Shown here: positions 51,294-61,957 of the stretch, one piece after another
Numbering within the stretch: the stretch's first letter is position 1
Layout: each line of letters begins with the position of its first letter
From: an uncultured delta proteobacterium
GTDB lineage: Bacteria > Myxococcota_A > Polyangia > Fen-1088
Direction of reading: 5' to 3'
Length of the DNA stretch: 64,000 bases
Assembly (NCBI GenBank): GCA_963737265.1
Contig: CAVTRY010000013.1
Coordinates: 480,001 to 544,000, forward strand
The notes under the pieces: generated by a model
What the model was told of the DNA's origin: nothing
The model's input: only the letters and a program-made list of their open reading frames with translations
Database searches by the model: none
Program-made: the position numbers and the translations under genes

Positions 51294-53000
51294 ATGAAGA
51301 TCGTCTGTGACGCCTGCCAGGCTAAGTATTCGATAGCTGACGACAAAGTCCAGGGTAAGTCCTTCAAGATTCGCTGCAAGAAGTGCAATCACGTCATCGT
51401 CGTCAAGACCGGCGGCGAAGGCGGTGCCGTCGCGCAAGCGGCCGAAAAGTCGAAGTCCGGGCTCCTCGCCGCCGCACCTGCGGCTGCTCAGGGCGTGTGG
51501 CACATCGTGGTCGATGGCGATCAGGTCGGACCGCTTGGCGATGCCGAGGTAAAGGATCGTTTGCGCCAGGGCCAGATCAACCCCGACACCTTGGTTTGGA
51601 AGGAGGGCTTGGCCGACTGGGTGAAACTGTCGACGGTACCCGAGCTTGCCGCGCCGACTGCAAGGGCCGCGCAGGGCGAGACACGGCGGTCGGCGACGCG
51701 CGAGTCCGTCCGGGTCGAAGCGCCCGCCAAGGTGGCGGCTGCACCAGCTACCACTGACGACGCGGACGCGGACGTGTTTGGCGCCGCGACGGCGATAACC
51801 CCGGCCGGGACCGCCGATCTCTTCGCGTCCGCGATGGTGCCCACCGTAGTGCCCACCCCGGTGGAGGCCGCTCCGTCTTCGCCCTTCTTGTTCGGAGGTT
51901 CGTCGAGTCAGACGTCCGAGCCTGCGCCGGTGGTGGCCAAGTCACCGGGAAATGGAGCCGGCACGAGCCATCTCACCGGCCAGCGCAACGAGAATTCGGT
52001 GCTCTTCTCGCTGTCGAATCTCGAAGCGCTCGCGGTGCCAACACAGTCGGCCGGCATTCGTGCTCCCTCGACCACGTCGACGACGGAAGGGTCCGGCCTT
52101 ATCGACATTCGCTCGATGGCCGCCATGACTCTCAATGAGGGCGGCGCCCACGACGCACGGCGATCATCTGATTCGCTGCCGACCTTCTCGACACCGCAGT
52201 TCTCGCCAGTCGCACCGGTGCTGCTGCCCATGTCTTCGAGTGGACCACCCAAGTGGGTCTATCCGATTTTGGGTTTGCTTGGCGTGGGTGTCTTGGTGCT
52301 GGGTTACGGGATCTTCAAGGTCGTTACCGCTCCGCCGCCGGCATTGCCGCCGCCGATTACCATTCCGGCTCCGGTTCCTCCGCCCGCACCGGCGGTTCAA
52401 CCGGCCACCAGCCACGTGGCTCCCGTGGTCGTGCCCTCGGCGGAAGGTGCCAATCCATCCAAGGCCGATGAAAATCCGTCCGCTGCCGCGGAAAGGCCCG
52501 CCGAAAAAGGCAAGGGCGGCGGTTCGAGCAGAGGCGAGAAGGGGCACCGCAAGGGTGGCGAACAGGCCAAAGGCGGATCGGACAGCAAGAAGGGCGCCGA
52601 GGCTTCAGCGCCAAACCCGACGCCGACCGGCAAGAAGGGCGGAAAGTCCATCGACGACATGCTGGGCGAAGTCGGCACCAAGAAGTCGAGCGGCGATGAC
52701 GCGGGCAAACCGAAGCCAGCCCCAGTTAATCTAATTTCGCTAACCCAAAGCGATATTGTCAACGCGATGCGGGCGGTCCAGCCCAAGATCCAGGCCTGCG
52801 CCAATCAATTCAAGGTGCCGGGAACTGCCATGGCCAACATCAGTGTCGCATCGGGCGGCAAGGTGGCTTCGGCGACGGTGGGCGGCACTTTCGCCCACAC
52901 GCCCAGCGGAACCTGCGTCGAAGCGGCCGCCAAATCGGCTAAATTCCCGGCGTGCAACTCGATGAGCTTTCCTTGGCCCTTCACGCTCAGCCCCCGCTAG
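51294..53000 (+). CDS. Second AgmX/GltJ-like protein (Zn ribbon, GYF_2, TM, TonB-C-like domain)
   Basis: CDACQAKYSIADDKV...IRCKKC; WHIVVDGDQVGPL...VWKEGLADW; RNENSVLFSL and SGLIDIR motifs; TM; C-terminal GTCVEAAAKSAKFP. Confidence 0.85.
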   Translation: MKIVCDACQAKYSIADDKVQGKSFKIRCKKCNHVIVVKTGGEGGAVAQAAEKSKSGLLAAAPAAAQGVWHIVVDGDQVGPLGDAEVKDRLRQGQINPDTLVWKEGLADWVKLSTVPELAAPTARAAQGETRRSATRESVRVEAPAKVAAAPATTDDADADVFGAATAITPAGTADLFASAMVPTVVPTPVEAAPSSPFLFGGSSSQTSEPAPVVAKSPGNGAGTSHLTGQRNENSVLFSLSNLEALAVPTQSAGIRAPSTTSTTEGSGLIDIRSMAAMTLNEGGAHDARRSSDSLPTFSTPQFSPVAPVLLPMSSSGPPKWVYPILGLLGVGVLVLGYGIFKVVTAPPPALPPPITIPAPVPPPAPAVQPATSHVAPVVVPSAEGANPSKADENPSAAAERPAEKGKGGGSSRGEKGHRKGGEQAKGGSDSKKGAEASAPNPTPTGKKGGKSIDDMLGEVGTKKSSGDDAGKPKPAPVNLISLTQSDIVNAMRAVQPKIQACANQFKVPGTAMANISVASGGKVASATVGGTFAHTPSGTCVEAAAKSAKFPACNSMSFPWPFTLSPR

Positions 53001-53034
53001 GCCGGTGCAGCCAGCAAGACAACTTCAAGGCCCC

Positions 53035-53256
53035 GTGGCCACTGCAGTTCGCGCGCACATAGCCGGGACCGTCTGGAAGGTCGAAGTGTCGTTCGACGAC
53101 GAGGTCGACGAAGGACAAACCGTTATCGTGCTCGAGTCCATGAAAATGGAGATGCCGGTCGAAGCCCCGGTCGCGGGGCGGGTCACGGCAATCCATGTGG
53201 CGCCAGGGCGCTTCGTCGAGGAGGGCGAAGCGCTCATTGAGCTCGGCGAGCTCTAG
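53035..53256 (+). CDS. Stand-alone biotin/lipoyl carrier protein
   Basis: IAGTVWKVEV...LESMKMEMPVEAPVAG (biotinylation MKM motif). Confidence 0.9.
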   Translation: MATAVRAHIAGTVWKVEVSFDDEVDEGQTVIVLESMKMEMPVEAPVAGRVTAIHVAPGRFVEEGEALIELGEL

Positions 53257-53265
53257 CTTGGCTAG

Positions 53266-53697
53266 CTAGGTGGGAGCGGCGTCGGGATTGGGCGGCGGCT
53301 CCGGCTTACGTGGTGGCGGTGCGGGCGGGCCGCGGTCGTCGCGCAGTTTGGCGACGAGCCGGTCGAGGAGCATTTGCTCATAGCGGTGTGGTAAGTCGGG
53401 AATAGAAACCGCCAGCCGGGTCGCGTCGCGCCCCTCCTTGTCGGTGATGCGGATGAACTCGAGCGATCCCTTGCAGGTCTTGGGGCCGTCGAGATAGTCG
53501 AACAGGATGTAGCCGGCGTCGTCGTCCTTCTCGCGAATCGGGAAATTTCGGTCGACGCGCAGGAAACGCACGGTGCTCGGCCAAACGTTCGCGACCGGAT
53601 AGGGAACGACTTCCAGCGTGCGCGCCCAGACGACACCGGGAGCGAGGACAACCATCGCCGCGAAAACAATCGGGACGAGATACCGGTGCCGGCGCAA
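53266..53697 (-). CDS. Exported hypothetical protein
   Basis: Signal peptide ending VWA; compact alpha/beta domain; Pro-rich tail. Confidence 0.7.
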   Translation of the reverse strand: MRRHRYLVPIVFAAMVVLAPGVVWARTLEVVPYPVANVWPSTVRFLRVDRNFPIREKDDDAGYILFDYLDGPKTCKGSLEFIRITDKEGRDATRLAVSIPDLPHRYEQMLLDRLVAKLRDDRGPPAPPPRKPEPPPNPDAAPT

Positions 53698-53706
53698 GGG
53701 CCGCGA

Positions 53707-54760
53707 TCATCCTTCTTCGCCTTGCGCGGCGGCGCGCTTCGATTCGACCACCAAGGTGCGCAGCGAGCCGGAAGCCTCGCCGACAAAAAGCAGGGCGACA
53801 AATCCCAGCGCGACATACCACACGAATTGAATGCCGTGCAGGGCAACCGCATAGGCGCCGCCCGCCGAGGTAAGAATCGACTCCGGCAGGTAGGCCGCGA
53901 GCGCGAGCACGATGCCGGCGTGGAATTGGCCGATCAGTCCGGGGGCGTTGGGCAAGGGAGATCAGACGCCGGTGAAAGCCATGGCGGCGAAGGCGCCGTG
54001 GATAGGAATGGGAATTTGCATGAGCGCGGGCGAGAATCCACATCCCCAGCCCGTTGGCGCCCCAGTAAAGCAGCCGTCTGGATGAGGAACGGAATCATGT
54101 CGCGCGGGTGGCGAAGGGCACGAAAACCCTGAATCAGCGCGCGCAGCCTGTCGGCGACCTTGTCCGCGGTTTTCGGCGCGAGCCGCCGCATGAAGGTGAG
54201 CGCCAGGGCGAGTGCGATGGTGGCTTGTCGGGCCAGCGCAAGGCGCAGCCGAGAAAAATCGTCAGCCCCAGGAAACCGAGGAGAGCCAGCCACGCCGAAA
54301 CCGCAAGCACGGCTGGGTACGCCTTACCACCGTGGGCAAACGCGAAGAGGTACGTAACGAAGAGAAGGATCGCGATCACCAAGCCGTCAACGATGCGTTC
54401 CACCGCCACGGTTCCAAGCACCTCGCTCATGCGCGACTGGCCCTGGCGAACGACATAATACGGGCGAACAAATTCGCCGAGGCGAAAGGGCAGGGCCAGG
54501 ATGGCCATGAAACCCACCGTGGAGATGATCATCAGCCTGGCGAAGGTCAGCGACACGCCGATGGGACGCAAAAGGTACTTCCAGCGCCACGCGCGCAGGA
54601 TGTGCACGGGCACGATCGACAGCGCGTAGATGAGAACTGCGGACAGCGGGATGTTGCGCAGAACCGCGGCCGTCTGGCGCAGATCGACCTTGCGCACGGC
54701 CAGACCGACGCATAACGCACCGACGGACAGGGAGAGAAATATTTTCGCGAAGAGTTTCAC
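53707..54760 (-). pseudogene. UPF0104/lysylphosphatidylglycerol synthase TM-domain (flippase-like) gene with several frameshifts, possibly assembly errors
   Basis: LRAWRW, LPFRLGEFVR and VERIVD are in one frame; the continuation (LRHPR...YWGANG...PNAPGLIGQFH) is split over other frames between about 54230 and 53955. Confidence 0.75.
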
Positions 54761-54781
54761 GGTGGTGGTGCCGCAGCGGAA

Positions 54782-55516
54782 CTAGGGCAACTCGCCGAGC
54801 AAGATACGTCGGGGGTTTTCCTCAAGCAACTGGGTCAGGACGGCAGCGTCCCGGTGCTTGCGAATCCAGGCGATGCCGTCGCCAATCTGGCCAGCCGTAT
54901 CGGGGCTGTGCATGTCGGAGGCAACCGCGTGCGCGAGACCCTCCTCGACCAGTCGGCGCGCGGTTTTGGTTTCGGCGCGATTGTGGGTACCCGCCACTGC
55001 TTCCAAGTCCACGACTAAGGCGGCCTGTTTGCCCAACGTTTCTGCGGTTCCGAGGTCACGCTGAACCGGCAGGTAGCGTTCAGGATGTGCCATGACCGGC
55101 AGCTGGCCAGCCAAACGAATCTCGAATAGGGCTTCCTCGAGGCGCGGGGGAAACATCACCGGATTCACTTCGAAGAGAAACGCGCGACCGCCATCGTAAC
55201 TCGGCACGGTGTGTCCGCGGAGGCGCTCGACAAAAACTTCGTCCCAGTAGTTCTCGGCGCCGAGGTGCATGCGCAGCGAAGGCCGCCGCGTTCTTGCCTC
55301 ATTCTGGAACGTCGCGAGAGCGCCGCCAATAGCCTCGGCCGAAGGAATGAACAGCCCGTTCCGCTGGTGCGGCGTGGCGCATACCTCGCTGAACCCCATG
55401 GCGACGAGCTCTTGCAGCATCTCCATGCTGGTCGCGAGATCGGGAGAGCCATCGTCGATTCCGGGCAGAAGGTGGCAATGAAGGTCGATATACTGCGCCA
55501 CTTGAGGTTCCGGCAC
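54782..55516 (-). CDS. CpsB/CapC-family PHP tyrosine phosphatase
   Basis: IDLHCHLLPGIDDG, ATPH, GAEN, MAHPERY, ASDMH. Confidence 0.9.
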   Translation of the reverse strand: MPEPQVAQYIDLHCHLLPGIDDGSPDLATSMEMLQELVAMGFSEVCATPHQRNGLFIPSAEAIGGALATFQNEARTRRPSLRMHLGAENYWDEVFVERLRGHTVPSYDGGRAFLFEVNPVMFPPRLEEALFEIRLAGQLPVMAHPERYLPVQRDLGTAETLGKQAALVVDLEAVAGTHNRAETKTARRLVEEGLAHAVASDMHSPDTAGQIGDGIAWIRKHRDAAVLTQLLEENPRRILLGELP

Positions 55517-55658
55517 TGAAGATACCGGATCTTATCTTCCTCGGCTGCTTTTTCCCCTTTTGGGCCCGGGTAGTAATAAAAATGAACCCGTGAACGATTG
55601 GGGCTTGCGCGAAAGGGAACACCAATTGCAAATTCAGCACCCGGAGGGAATGATCTAA

Positions 55659-56168
55659 ATGGGCGACAAAGTTGCTCTGCCGAGTCTCAATTTGCCGAAG
55701 CAGAAGACCCACTGGACGGTCAGCGTCGTCATTGTTGCCGGCGTTCTGCTGCTGATTCTGGTTGCCGCGCTGTATGCCGTTCTGCAACGCCAGCAGAGGG
55801 CCGAGGAAGCGTTCGCCAAGGCGGCCGCGGATCGCGCGGCCCTGGTCAAGGCAGAGACCGAGAAAGCCAAGGCCGAGGCGGAGCGGGCGGTGGCCGAGAC
55901 CAGGAAGAAGGAAGCGGAGACTGCTGCCTCGAACGCGGCAGCACAGCAGAGGAAGGTGGCCCCACCCAGTCCTGCCACCGACGACGACGGAGCGAAGAAG
56001 GCCGCCAAGAAGAAGGGCAGTCGCCACGGCGGTGGAGCGAAGGTCGCCAGCAGGGGTGGGCCGCCTTCGGCGACGCCGCCGGCACAGGCGCCGACACCGC
56101 CGGCCCGGCCCGCGCCGTCCTCGAAGGCCAGCAAGGACATAGACGATCTGCTGAGGGGCCTCAAGTAG
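55659..56168 (+). CDS. Single-TM coiled-coil hypothetical protein
   Basis: TM helix, Ala/Glu/Lys coiled coil, low-complexity linker, C-terminal DIDDLLRGLK; RBS GGAGG. Confidence 0.7.
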   Translation: MGDKVALPSLNLPKQKTHWTVSVVIVAGVLLLILVAALYAVLQRQQRAEEAFAKAAADRAALVKAETEKAKAEAERAVAETRKKEAETAASNAAAQQRKVAPPSPATDDDGAKKAAKKKGSRHGGGAKVASRGGPPSATPPAQAPTPPARPAPSSKASKDIDDLLRGLK

Positions 56169-56187
56169 GTTCCCTTCCAGGCAGCGG

Positions 56188-57700
56188 TCAGGCGCGCGTG
56201 CCGCGGGCCAGAATCTCCTCGATGCGGGTGTGTAGATCGCCATCGCGAAGGGTGACGGTCACCGCATCGCCGGGTGCGAGACCGTCGTGGCTCTTGAGAA
56301 GGCTGCCGTCAGGGCCACGCGCCAGGCTGTAGCCACGATCGAGCACTTTGAGCGGCGAAAGGGCGTCCAGCTTGTTCGCCAGCGAGTTCGAGCGCCCGTC
56401 GCCGGGTGGCGAGAAGCTGCGAGCCAGTCTGCGCTAGACGGCGGTCGAGCACGGCGAGCGCCGAACGCTGATCCGCGATACGGCGCTGGGGGTGCGCGCG
56501 CAGCAGGCGTCCCTCCACAGTCTGGAGCTCTCTTCGCCGACGAGAGACATCGTTGGTCAGAAGACGGCCGGCGCGATCCGCCAGATCGTCGAGGCCCTGG
56601 CGGCGCTCGTCGACAATCCGCCGCGGATCCCCCAGGCGCGCACGCGTGCGCTCGAGCGCCAGCCGCCGCGAACCGATTTCGCCGAGCAGGCCGCGCCCAA
56701 GGCGTCCCGCCAGCACGCGCATCTCGGCGAGCAGTTCGGCAGCGACCGGCACGGCGAGCTCGGCGGCGGCCGAGGGCGTCGGGGCGCGCACGTCGGCCAC
56801 GAAGTCCGCGATGGTGAAATCGGTCTCGTGCCCGACCGCCGAAATCGTGGGCAGCGGGCAAGCGGCGATGGTACGGGCGAGATTCTCGTCGTTGAAGGCC
56901 CACAGGTCTTCAAGCGAACCGCCGCCACGGGCCAGAATGATCACGTCCACCTCTGGCGCCTTGCAGATTTCGTTCAGGGCGTTGGCGATAGCGGACGCGG
57001 CGCACTCGCCCTGAACCGGCGTGGGTGCGACCAAGATGGGGACGGGAAAGCGGCGATGGGCGACGCGCACGATGTCCCGAATCACCGCCCCCTGGCGCGA
57101 CGTCACCACGCCGATCCGGCGCGGCAAAAAGGGCAGGGGCCGTTTGCGCTCGCTGTCGAACAAGCCCTCGGCGAGCAGCTTCTGCTTGAGCGCCTCGAAC
57201 GCCAGCGCCAAGGCACCCGCGCCTGCCGCCTCGACGGAAGCCACCTGAAGTTGGAAGCGACCACGGCCCTCATAGATGGTCAGCTTGCCCTGGCAGCGCA
57301 CGAGCTGTCCGTCGCCCAGGCGGAACTTCAACCGGCCGGCGTCGCGCGCGTACATCACACAGTCGAGCTGCGCTTCGCTGTCCTTCAGGGTGAAATAGAA
57401 GTGGCCATTCGCGGAGCGCTTGAGTCCCGACACCTCGCCCTCCACGCGGACGTCGCCGAAGCGCGCTTCCAGCATCTGACGGGCCGCGCGCACTACTTCC
57501 CCGACCGCCAGAATGCGCACTTCCTTGGTCGGGTTCGGAGCAGCCGCGAGATCCGAGGGTGCCGGCTTAGGAGGTGTGGGAGAGGTCGCGAATCGATTCT
57601 CGAACGAGAGCTGCGCTTCCGGCCGTGCTTCCTTGCCGTCGGACTTGTCAGTCTGCTTATCGCGACCGCTTTCGGGCGGTCGGCCTTGGCGCTGGCTCAC
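56188..57700 (-). CDS. xseA: Exodeoxyribonuclease VII large subunit, with one frameshift near 56387
   Basis: VEGEVSG, GHFYFTLKD, ARGGGSLEDLWAFNDE, SAVGHETD, APTPSAAAE; the conserved tail LDALSPLKVLDRGYS...GDAVTVTLRDG is in the adjacent frame with its stop at 56188. Confidence 0.9.
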
Positions 57701-58287
57701 CTCGCCCCCCGCGTGGCCGCCCGTTCGTAGTCTGCCGCATCCAAGCGCAGACGCTCGAGGTCGGCGATGGCCGTGCGCTTGATGTCTTCGGCCCGCGCCG
57801 CCAGCCCGGAAAAGCCCCAACCCCAGTGCTTGTCGTGTGCCTTGCGATACACCATCGTGCCTGCCGACGTGACGATTTCGGCGCTTGTGCCGGGCGGGCT
57901 TGTCTCCGGCGCGCGCGTGCCGGCGGCGCCCACGAGCGTCTGAAGGTAACTCCAGTCATCCGGCGACAGCATCTTGGCGAACAGCGTTTGGGCATTCTCG
58001 CTTGTGGCTCCGGGCTCGAAGCGGCCGAGCAAGCGCACGCGCTCGGCGCCTTCGGGGACCGCACTTTGCGTGACGTCGTACGCCTCACGCCACGCGCGCT
58101 GGACGGTCATCCACGACCAGCGCGTGTCTTGGTCGACGGCACTCCACAACAGCGCTCCGTCGCGTGCACCGACGGCGGCACACAATCGCGCGTGGGCCTC
58201 CGCCGGCGTGCGGGCGCCGCGGGGACCGCACCCCGAACCAGCCACCAGGGAAGACAAGATGACAGACAGTAGAACAGCGGATTTCAT
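57697..58287 (-). CDS. Hypothetical lipoprotein
   Basis: Signal peptide with GSGC; GTGA overlap with xseA. Confidence 0.7.
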   Translation of the reverse strand: MKSAVLLSVILSSLVAGSGCGPRGARTPAEAHARLCAAVGARDGALLWSAVDQDTRWSWMTVQRAWREAYDVTQSAVPEGAERVRLLGRFEPGATSENAQTLFAKMLSPDDWSYLQTLVGAAGTRAPETSPPGTSAEIVTSAGTMVYRKAHDKHWGWGFSGLAARAEDIKRTAIADLERLRLDAADYERAATRGAR

Positions 58288-58422
58288 GACGTGCAGTGAC
58301 CGGATTGTTCGCCGGTCGGTCCCTACGCTAGTGGTGCCGAGCTAGGCATGCAAGATGTTGTTCCGGGGTGGACGCTTGGCGACCGCAAGATGGAGATGTG
58401 CTAGATTCCTCCGCTCTCGACG

Positions 58423-59553
58423 GTGACTGAAACTGGATCGCGGCCCCCGCTTGATTTTCCGGAGCTAGAACCGGATGGGCGTGGCGCGCCCGTCGACGAA
58501 TTCGCCAACGTCAAGTCGCCGCGCAGGCGCCATCCCGGCGTCGCCCTGGCCGCCACGGCGCTTGCCCTTCTTCTCGTTTACCAAATCCATGACGATCTCT
58601 TCTTCGCGCTCTCCCATTCCGAAGCGCGCGATATTGGTGATGCTCGCCATCTGGCCGCGACGCCGCTCGACCAGGTTCCGCTCAACCAATACGTCCGCGT
58701 GTCCGGCATGGCCGACCGGGAAAGTGGCCTCACCATCGACACCGCGGGCTCGTGGCAATTCACCCAGTTTTTTCGTCTGCTTGGTACCGGCAGTCGCGTG
58801 TTCGTCAGCCGCGTACCGAATCCGATTCCCGTCGAACAGGCGGAGCGAGACGTCTTCGTCGGGCGCCTGGTCCGATTTCGTGATCTGTCGTTTCAAGCCG
58901 CGATTCGCAAGCATTTTGCCGACCGGGTGACGGCCACGCATTTTTTCGCGCCGGCCACGGTGCGGGATAGCGTGGCCGCCACGGGCGGTGGTCCGGTCGT
59001 GCTCGCGGACATGCTGGGCGAGAAGGTTTCGCTCGCGCCCAACGACGAGTTGTCGATCGATGTGGCCCGCCAGTCCGACGTGCTCATCGAAATGCCGCGC
59101 GAAAAGTACCCTGACGTTGCGGCGGCGCGGGCCGCGGCCGAGCGGCCGGGAGCGAAGGTCCTCGACGACACGGTGAAGGCGTCGGATGCCAAGAGCATCG
59201 CGCTTGTCGTAACCTTTGCCGAGGGCACGCGCGACCAGGCCATGAGCGCAATAGGCGACCTCGACCAGCACGTGCGCTTCCTTCCCGTTCGCGCGACCCG
59301 CGTGATTCGTATCGCGGATGTAACGGCCGGCAAGGACTCCCTGGTGGTAAAAGAAGGCGCGGCAGGAAACGTGGCGCTTCCACTTGGCTCTATCGTGGCG
59401 ATTCAAACCTTGGCGAACGTGCAAATTCCCGCGGATGCGCTGCTGTTGCGCGAGGGCGAGCGGCCGCGCGATCACTTCAAGATTCTGATTGTGGCCGCGT
59501 TCCTGCTTGGCTTTGCGGCAGTCAACTTGCTGGCCCTGCGTGCGCGCGGGTAG
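58423..59553 (+). CDS. Hypothetical membrane protein (two TM helices flanking a large loop)
   Basis: N- and C-terminal TM helices; ends 10 bp before cysS. Confidence 0.75.
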   Translation: MTETGSRPPLDFPELEPDGRGAPVDEFANVKSPRRRHPGVALAATALALLLVYQIHDDLFFALSHSEARDIGDARHLAATPLDQVPLNQYVRVSGMADRESGLTIDTAGSWQFTQFFRLLGTGSRVFVSRVPNPIPVEQAERDVFVGRLVRFRDLSFQAAIRKHFADRVTATHFFAPATVRDSVAATGGGPVVLADMLGEKVSLAPNDELSIDVARQSDVLIEMPREKYPDVAAARAAAERPGAKVLDDTVKASDAKSIALVVTFAEGTRDQAMSAIGDLDQHVRFLPVRATRVIRIADVTAGKDSLVVKEGAAGNVALPLGSIVAIQTLANVQIPADALLLREGERPRDHFKILIVAAFLLGFAAVNLLALRARG

Positions 59554-59563
59554 AGGTTTTTCA

Positions 59564-61033
59564 ATGCAACGGATCTACGATACCCGCGAAGGCAAGAAGG
59601 TCGAGCTCGTACTGCGCGAGCCCGGCAAGGTTGGCATGTACGCTTGCGGCGTCACGGTCTACGACCTCTGCCACGTGGGCCATGCGCGCACGCTGGTGGC
59701 CTACGACATTGTCGTGCGCCACCTGCGCCAGCGCGGCTTGCAAGTCCGCCTGGTCCGCAACATCACCGATGTGGACGACAAGATCATCCGCAAGGGCCAC
59801 GCCGAGGGGCGAACCGCCGCCGAGGTGGCGACGTTCTACGCCGAAGCCATGGCCGCCGATCTGGCCGCGCTTGGCGTTGCCCCGCCCGACGTCGAGCCGC
59901 GCGTCACCCTGCATATCGCCGAGGTCATCGAGATTGTGAAGCGGCTGGAAGAACGCGGCCTGGCCTACGTGGCTGAAGGCGACGTGTACTACTCGGTGGC
60001 AGGATTTCCTGGCTACGGCCAGCTTTCGGGCCAAAGCATCGACGATCTACAGGCCGGCGCGCGCATCGAGGTGGGCGAGCACAAGCGAAGTCCGCTCGAT
60101 TTCGCGCTGTGGAAGGCGGCCAAGCCGGGCGAGCCATCGTGGCCGAGCCCATGGGGGCCTGGGCGTCCGGGCTGGCACATCGAGTGCTCCGCCATGTCCC
60201 ACCGCTATCTCGGCGATTCCTTCGATATTCACCTCGGTGGTTCGGATTTGATCTTTCCCCATCACGAAAACGAAATCGCCCAGTCGGAGGGCGCCTACGG
60301 CTCGTTCGCGCGCTACTGGATGCATTCGGGAATGGTCAACTTCGGCGGCGAGAAGATGTCGAAGTCGCTCGGCAACGTGGTGACCATTCGCCGCGTGGCC
60401 GAGACGCACGACCTCGAAGCGCTGCGCCTGTTGCTCATCAGCGTGCACTACCGCAGCCCGGTCAATTTCACCATTACCCGCGACAGCGACGGCCAGGCCG
60501 TGTATCCCGATCTGGACGAGGCCGAAGCGCGGCTCGACTATTTCTACCGGACGCTCGAGCGCATGGACGGGTTTCTGGCGCCGTCGAGTGCGCCATTCGC
60601 GAATCCGCCAGCCTCGGACTTGGCCACCAAGGTCGCCGAGGCCATGGACGACGACTTCAATACCGCCGCCGCCATCGGCCATCTTTACGACGCCTTCGTG
60701 CTGGCCAACAAATTGCTCGACGATGTCAAGGCCATGCCCAAGCCCGCGCGTCAGCAAACCCTCGCCGCCATCGCCCGGGACGCGCGCACCGTGGGCGCCA
60801 CGCTTGGAATCATGCGACGAGCGCCAGCGGAGTTCCTGCTGGCCAGGAGCGATCGCCTGTGCCTGCGGCGCAAGATCGATCGGGCCCTAGTGGACGCGCA
60901 GATCGCCGCGCGCACCGCTGCTCGGGCGGCCAAGGACTTCAAACGCGCCGACGAGATCCGCGCCGGGCTCAAAGCATCCAGCGTCGAGCTGATGGACACA
61001 CCCACGGGCACGACCTGGCGGGTGGCCGGGTAG
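59564..61033 (+). CDS. cysS: Cysteine--tRNA ligase
   Basis: MYACGVTVYD, HVGH, DFALWK, GRPGWHIECSAM, FPHHENE, KMSKSLGN. Confidence 0.97.
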   Translation: MQRIYDTREGKKVELVLREPGKVGMYACGVTVYDLCHVGHARTLVAYDIVVRHLRQRGLQVRLVRNITDVDDKIIRKGHAEGRTAAEVATFYAEAMAADLAALGVAPPDVEPRVTLHIAEVIEIVKRLEERGLAYVAEGDVYYSVAGFPGYGQLSGQSIDDLQAGARIEVGEHKRSPLDFALWKAAKPGEPSWPSPWGPGRPGWHIECSAMSHRYLGDSFDIHLGGSDLIFPHHENEIAQSEGAYGSFARYWMHSGMVNFGGEKMSKSLGNVVTIRRVAETHDLEALRLLLISVHYRSPVNFTITRDSDGQAVYPDLDEAEARLDYFYRTLERMDGFLAPSSAPFANPPASDLATKVAEAMDDDFNTAAAIGHLYDAFVLANKLLDDVKAMPKPARQQTLAAIARDARTVGATLGIMRRAPAEFLLARSDRLCLRRKIDRALVDAQIAARTAARAAKDFKRADEIRAGLKASSVELMDTPTGTTWRVAG

Positions 61034-61075
61034 TAGAATTTTCCAGGGGCGATTCGCGGTGGAGGTCGACGGCGC

Positions 61076-61951
61076 GTGATCGGTGTTTTCGATTCCGGTT
61101 TCGGCGGGCTCACGGTGCTGAGGTCGCTGGTGGCGCGCCTGCCGCACTACGATTACTTCTACCTCGGCGACAGCGCCCGCGCGCCCTATGGCAGCCGTAG
61201 CTTGGAAGTCGTGCACAGCTTTACCCGCGAAGCGGTCGAGTTTCTCTTCGACGCCGGCTGCCCGCTGGTGGTGCTGGCGTGCAATACCGCCTCGGCGCAG
61301 GCGCTGCGCACGCTGCAACAGCGCCACCTGCCCGCCCATCGTCCCGATCGCCGCATTCTCGGCGTGGTTCGGCCGTCGGCGGAAGCCCTGGCCGGCCTGC
61401 CACCCGGCGCGATTCCCGGCGTGACCCAGCCCTCGCTCGCGACGGGAACGGTGGCGGTGCTGGGAACGACGGGCACGGTCGCATCCGGCTCCTACGCGCT
61501 TGAGCTAGCCAAGCTCGCCCCGCGCCTGCGACTTATCCAGCAGGCGTGCCCGCTGTGGGTGCCGCTGGTCGAGGCCGGCGAAACTTCGGGCGCTGGCGTC
61601 GAGCATTTCCTGCACAAATACCTCGATCCACTCTTCGCCCGCCCCGAAGCGCCGTCACGCATTCTTCTCGGCTGCACCCACTATTCGCTCTTGGCGGCGG
61701 GCATCGCCGCGATCGTTCCGGCTCGGGTCGAGGTGCTTGACCAGGGCGACCTGGTGGCCGAGCGCTTGGACGACTGGTTGCTCCGCCATCCCGAGATGGA
61801 GCAGCGCCTTTCCCGCGCGGGCACGCGACGCTACGCCACCACCGACGATCCCGCCTGGTTCGCAGCGCAAGGCGAACCCATCCTGCGCACACGAATCGCG
61901 GTGGAAAAGGTGCACCTGTCGCCGTGGCGGGAAGCGCCGAGACACCCGTAA
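61076..61951 (+). CDS. murI: Glutamate racemase
   Basis: IGVFDSGFGGLTV, PYGSRS, LACNTASA, LGCTHY. Confidence 0.95.
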   Translation: MIGVFDSGFGGLTVLRSLVARLPHYDYFYLGDSARAPYGSRSLEVVHSFTREAVEFLFDAGCPLVVLACNTASAQALRTLQQRHLPAHRPDRRILGVVRPSAEALAGLPPGAIPGVTQPSLATGTVAVLGTTGTVASGSYALELAKLAPRLRLIQQACPLWVPLVEAGETSGAGVEHFLHKYLDPLFARPEAPSRILLGCTHYSLLAAGIAAIVPARVEVLDQGDLVAERLDDWLLRHPEMEQRLSRAGTRRYATTDDPAWFAAQGEPILRTRIAVEKVHLSPWREAPRHP

Positions 61952-61957
61952 CTACGG

